A stretch of DNA of 62,962 nt, the filler included, from Collodictyon triciliatum (taxonomy: Eukaryota): assembly GCA_043381765.1 (NCBI GenBank). It is 13 parts of 13 records of this genome, joined end to end, with 100 filler letters (N's around TTAATTAATTAA, not from the genome) between each part and the next. Parts side by side here need not be neighbours in the genome. Positions count along the whole stretch, not along the records: positions 58,233 to 62,962 come from JBHJMP010005813.1; 12 more parts are not named here. One strand, written 5' to 3'. Numbering within the stretch: the stretch's first letter is position 1; each line of letters begins with the position of its first letter. Position numbers and translations under genes: made by a program. Shown here in pieces: positions 58,543-62,962 of the stretch. The notes under the pieces were generated by a model that was given only the letters and a program-made list of their open reading frames with translations, was not told the origin of the DNA and searched no databases.

Positions 58543-60074
58543 ATGTATGGACGAAGGGCATTTGAGCTTCTTCAAGAAACAGCCTCGCAGCAGGGCTTGC
58601 CACTTCCACCGTACAAGGTCTCTCTTTAAACGTAACCAAACAATACATAAGTCAGCCATAAAACATGACAAACATCTCCATGTATCCTACTCCTTTTCTT
58701 GATCTTTTGGCTAAGGCAATCATCCTCTATGTTGTCATTAGGTAATTTCTTTCATATTTTTTCATGGGATTCGCCACTGATTGCTTTTGTCCGTGCTCTG
58801 TAGGAGGATGTCGTGAGGCAAGTGATAGAAGAGATAGACGAACTCTTCAAGGTCATGTCCGAGTCTATGAGGTATCTCACAATATCCGTCATAATCACCT
58901 TCAAGTATATCCTTACCACTCCCAATTAATCATGTGCTGACAACGTGTTGCCACAAAGTTCTCAGGAGATATCCGCGAGAGACTCGTACTACGCGTCCGG
59001 ACTTCTTGTCCACCACCAGAGTATCTTGCGAAACAAGCGATGTATCTTGGCATATTTGTCTGTTTTGATAAGGCCATCATTTGTTTTGTAAAGGGAATGC
59101 TATAAAAGTTTTTTTTTGATACAATTTGGTGCTCGGCGTTGCACTATATTTCACCACTTCCCTACAACTCTCGTTTTTCTTTACAACTGTAAAGATTAAA
59201 TTGTTTTCTGTATATTACTTCAGTTTCAATATAATTCGTTCATGTTTGTATATGCATGATTAATTTATTGCCTTCACAAAAGGATGACTCGCCTTCAGCA
59301 GATTCAAGGTTATCGTTGGGAAATCGGATCGGTGTTGCCGGAAACAATAAAAACAGCTTTGAGTGCAAACGAAAAAGAGTTTTTCCAGAATTACGACAAA
59401 CTCGTAGGAGACTATATGGTTGAGGTTGGGCTCGATTTGGCTTCGGTAAGGCTGTATTGGGCACCTACAAATATTGTTTCATTATTTAAAAGTAGATTTA
59501 TGGACACAGACTGACCTTTATACTCATGATATTTTAAAATAGAAATGCAATCATTATCCCCCCAAAGAATAATCGTTAATGAAAATTTGAAGACATTAGT
59601 GATACGTTTGTATTTTACATGAAACTCGTTCCCATAGCAACTGATGCCCCCAAAAGACCTGTATATTGAAGTTCGAGTTCTGATGGACCACGGTGAAATC
59701 ATGACAGATAATGGAAGGTGACTTTGATCGGCAGGAAAAAAAATTAGTGATTTGGTTATGAATATTGCGTCGTACTACATTATTTGTCTTGCTTCAGTTT
59801 TGTGTAATAGATTGTTGATGTGAACATGAGTCCATTTCGCGAAACTCCTTCATCTTTCTGAATTGCATCTTCTTTTCTGTTCTCTTATTTTCATTCCTTC
59901 TTCCTTTTTTTTTTTTTTAATGAGTTTAACGCACCCTTTTGTGACTTACTTTTGTGTGACGCTTTCTGTATCTTTTCGTTTAGTTTGAAATTAGTCAAAA
60001 ACACTACACATTTCTTGCCCCGTGCGGACGTCGAGCATCTTATTAGACAAGGGATTCTCGAGCATGTTGTATGA
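58543..60074 (+). CDS. PSF1: GINS complex subunit Psf1, 6 exons
   Basis: MYGRRAFELL..LPPY/EDVVRQV, HHQSILRNKRCILAYL, RWEIGSVLP..LSANEKEFF, PPKDLYIEVRVL.DHGEI, HFLPRADVEHLIRQGILEH; TGA at 60072-60074. Confidence 0.96.
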
Positions 60075-60831
60075 CCTTGGAGTTTGAAGGCGAATTACCA
60101 GCAAGCAACATAGGAACCATGTATGCGAATAAAGCAACAGAATGCGCAGTTTATTTGTGTGATGGCGAATGTGAAATCTTTCATATTTTACTGTTACATC
60201 TCTAGATTTTGCTTTCTGGTGGATGGGCACCATTTTCTGTGTCAATGCGAAGACCGAGAGGTCTTATCCTCGAATGGAGTGACTTTATTGTTGCGTTGCC
60301 AGCAGGGAAGCGGAAAGGGAAGGGAATGATAGAAAGGAGCTGTGTTGGGAGACACTCCCTCGTGTTCTGTGGAGTTGACAAAACAGTCGGGGTGGAGATA
60401 GGGCGAAATGGAGAGGGGAATTCGGACGAACCTTGCCGAACGTATCATACATGACTCATATGAGAAGTTGCCGACACAGATGTGACGCACAGGGTTCAGA
60501 CCGAAACACGAGATGAGGCAGAGTGGAGATAGAATAAAGTGTACGAATAGAGAGAAGTGGGCAGACCTTTCAACAACTGTATTCGTACAAAGTTACTGAG
60601 TGCGTCAACACGAGCAATCCACTACTCAAAAGAACTCTCTTCTTCTGTAGATACACTTGACATAATGAGAAGAAATGATAGGGAGGAGAACAAGAATGGA
60701 GCGACCCAGTGCGCAATCAAAGATAAACACACGCAACTGCCCCTCTCATACTACTTTCTCTCCCCTCTCCCTCTGCCTCCTCCCTCTTTGTTGAAACCCC
60801 GAGCGGTCAGAGTGGGCTTCAGGGTTGGCAA

Positions 60832-62242
60832 TTAGTGGTCCTTCTCCGGGTGCGGGGAGGTCAGGCCTCGCAAGGGTGAGACTCGCAGGGGATAGGAGCC
60901 GCGGAGGTCGGACTTGTGGTGGATGGAGTCGAAGGATTTGACGGCCTCCTTGCGGGCAGAGGTGTATCGGTGCTGCTGCGCGGCAGATTCGTCAGTGCCG
61001 GGTGAGGCCGTATTGATGGGTGGCAGGCGGTGGGACGACTGGTAGGTGGACGCAAGGGTGGGATGGCTGCTCTCGGCCGCCTGGGCTGACCAGTCTGCGC
61101 GCTTGCGCTGCACAAGAGACTCGGGCGGCGGCCCGCGCACTGAGACGCCCGTGATGGAGTCGACAGGCACGTCTGGCTGGCGCATCCCCAGGCGGATGGT
61201 GCGCGTTGTCGGCGTGTCGTGCGGGTACTGCGCAAGGGTCAGCCACTCGGCCGTCTGCAGCGCGTCTGCTTGGTACGGGGACGACAGCTCTGTCCCGCTC
61301 GTGGTGGCCATCCGTCGGCGGGTCCATTCGTCTTCTGGCCCGTGTGGGAAGACAATATCCGGCGAGATTCCGCTCCGCGCGTCCTTGCGAATAGGTGCTC
61401 CCCGCACGGCCCGGATGTCTCCGACTCCTTCGCTCCCGGCGCCATATACCCGCCCGTTGGTGGTTAATGTCTCGAGCTTCGGCGGGTTCTGAGTGATGGT
61501 GATGATGGTAATGATGTTGATGATGGTATTGATGATGGTGATGATGATGATGGTATTGATGATGATGGTATTGATGATGGTGATGATGATGATGGTGTTG
61601 ATGATGGTGTTGATGATGGTGTTGATGATGGTGTTGATGATGGTGTTGATGACGGTGATGATGATGATGATTATGATGATGGTGATGGTGTTGATGATGG
61701 TGATGGTGTTGATGATGGTGATGGTGTTGATGATGGTGTTGATGGTGATGGTGATGGTGTTGATAGTGATGATGATGGTATTGATGATAATGATTATGGT
61801 GGTGGTCTATCAGAGTCATTTCTTTTAAGGAAACCATTTCGTGTCTATTTTGCATCAATGTGCTTTTTAGTATCTATATTCGGATGAGATGAACTACATG
61901 ATTGATTCAAGATCAAACGCTGTGCTTTGTGTTCTGTGCTTTGACATTATATTACAACATATTGTATTTTGTTTCATTCCTCATTTGTCTGTTAATTTCT
62001 TGTTCGTTTGGGTATTGGTTTTTTTTCTCTTGTTATTTTTATATTAGGTGAATGATTAGGTCATTTGTTTGATCATTTGCTTGTATATTCATTCGCATTC
62101 GTTTAGGAACAGATCGAAGGGGAGACACCTGTTGGCGGAGATGGTGCAGAGTCTCTCCGAAGCCTTCTTCGATCCAATTGCCCTCGTGGACGCCCCGCGA
62201 ATAGTGGTGCCGAACACCAGCATACTTGTCAACATGGGACAT
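60832..62242 (-). CDS. CFAP107/CFAP68-like ciliary microtubule-inner-protein candidate; exons 62242-62129 and 61488-60832
   Basis: Exon 1 has YSRGVHEGNWIEE (GNWxEE motif). A phase-0 GT-AG intron joins in frame to ORF 60832-61407 (GISPDIVFPHG). Confidence 0.55.
61493..61805. repeat. Degenerate (GAT/GGT/GTT)n trinucleotide array in an intron
   Basis: Lies inside the intron of the CFAP-like gene and generates the spurious poly-His and poly-Met ORFs. Confidence 0.9.
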
Positions 62243-62962
62243 TTTGGCTCCTCGGGGTAAACACTAAGGTGTCTAGTTTTTCTAGGATCAGCAACTAACT
62301 TTCAGAGAGGGAAAAAGAGGCTGGACAGAACGCAGAGAGTCCTTCGTGGCATTTTAAGAAGTCGAACGTGCCTGTTCAGATTACCCCAGGAGAACAAGGT
62401 CGATCGCTCCAGCTCACTCCCTTTTGTTTGGTATTGTCTTCCGCGCGCTGGTTGTGTCCCATCAAATCGCTCGTTGTCCAAATGGTGTGGATCACCCACT
62501 CGTGTTTCATCTGTGAGCGGGCTTCTTTTGGGGCGTAACGGAAAGTAACTGCACCTTTCAAGAGAAAACATCAATTCATGCCATATGTGCGCGCATTCTT
62601 TGTTTTTCCGATTTTTCTTATTTTATAGCTATTTCTCTTGTATAATGTATGGTTATTATTTCATTTGTAAACGTTTATAACATCTATATAGAGATAATTG
62701 AGAAATTAATTATAAATGCCAGAATTATTCCTAGGTACTACAGAGTTGGTTTTCCAGTTTTGTGATCGCTTTTGTCAATGTCTCAACAGATTTTGATCGA
62801 AGAATCAACAAAATTGAATGTTTGAATTCCCGAAAACGAAAACGAAAAACGAAAAACAAAAAAACAAAAAAACAAAAAAACAAAAAACAAAAAACAAAAA
62901 ACAAAAAACAAAAAACAAAAGACAAAAAACAAAAAACAAAAAACAAAAAACAAAAAACAAAA

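Noticed and set aside
60992-61858. Poly-histidine ORF suggesting a metal-binding protein
   Set aside because: The His tract lies in a GT-AG intron whose removal joins two exons in a different frame; it is a trinucleotide microsatellite.

Overview
Eukaryotic DNA (intron-rich, microsatellite-rich, probably a flagellated protist with mitochondria). It is 13 unrelated contigs of about 4.7 kb joined by artificial 100-nt N-TTAATTAATTAA-N spacers, so gene order across spacers means nothing. All calls are by manual translation and motif recognition; no searches were run. Genes: a Lys1-like saccharopine dehydrogenase fused in frame to a condensation domain and a Lys2-type adenylation domain (partial), a TPR protein, an M28 PA-domain aminopeptidase, a MATE pseudogene, a tRNase Z-like MBL hydrolase, a cysteine-rich protein of about 17 x 93-aa repeats, a tandem USP, TCAIM-like, GPATCH4-like, PPP1R42-like LRR, long-chain fatty alcohol oxidase, tRNA-Ser(GCT), a BIG/Sec7 ARF-GEF, SAC1, GINS Psf1 and a CFAP107-like protein. 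Mobile DNA: a decayed Fanzor1-like gene, two L1/Tx1-like LINE ORF2 fragments, and five 40-80 bp LINE 3'-end insertions flanked by 15-17 bp target-site duplications. The strongest candidates for new biology are the Lys1-C-A(Lys2) fusion with a remodelled dehydrogenase active site and the Fanzor1-like relic.
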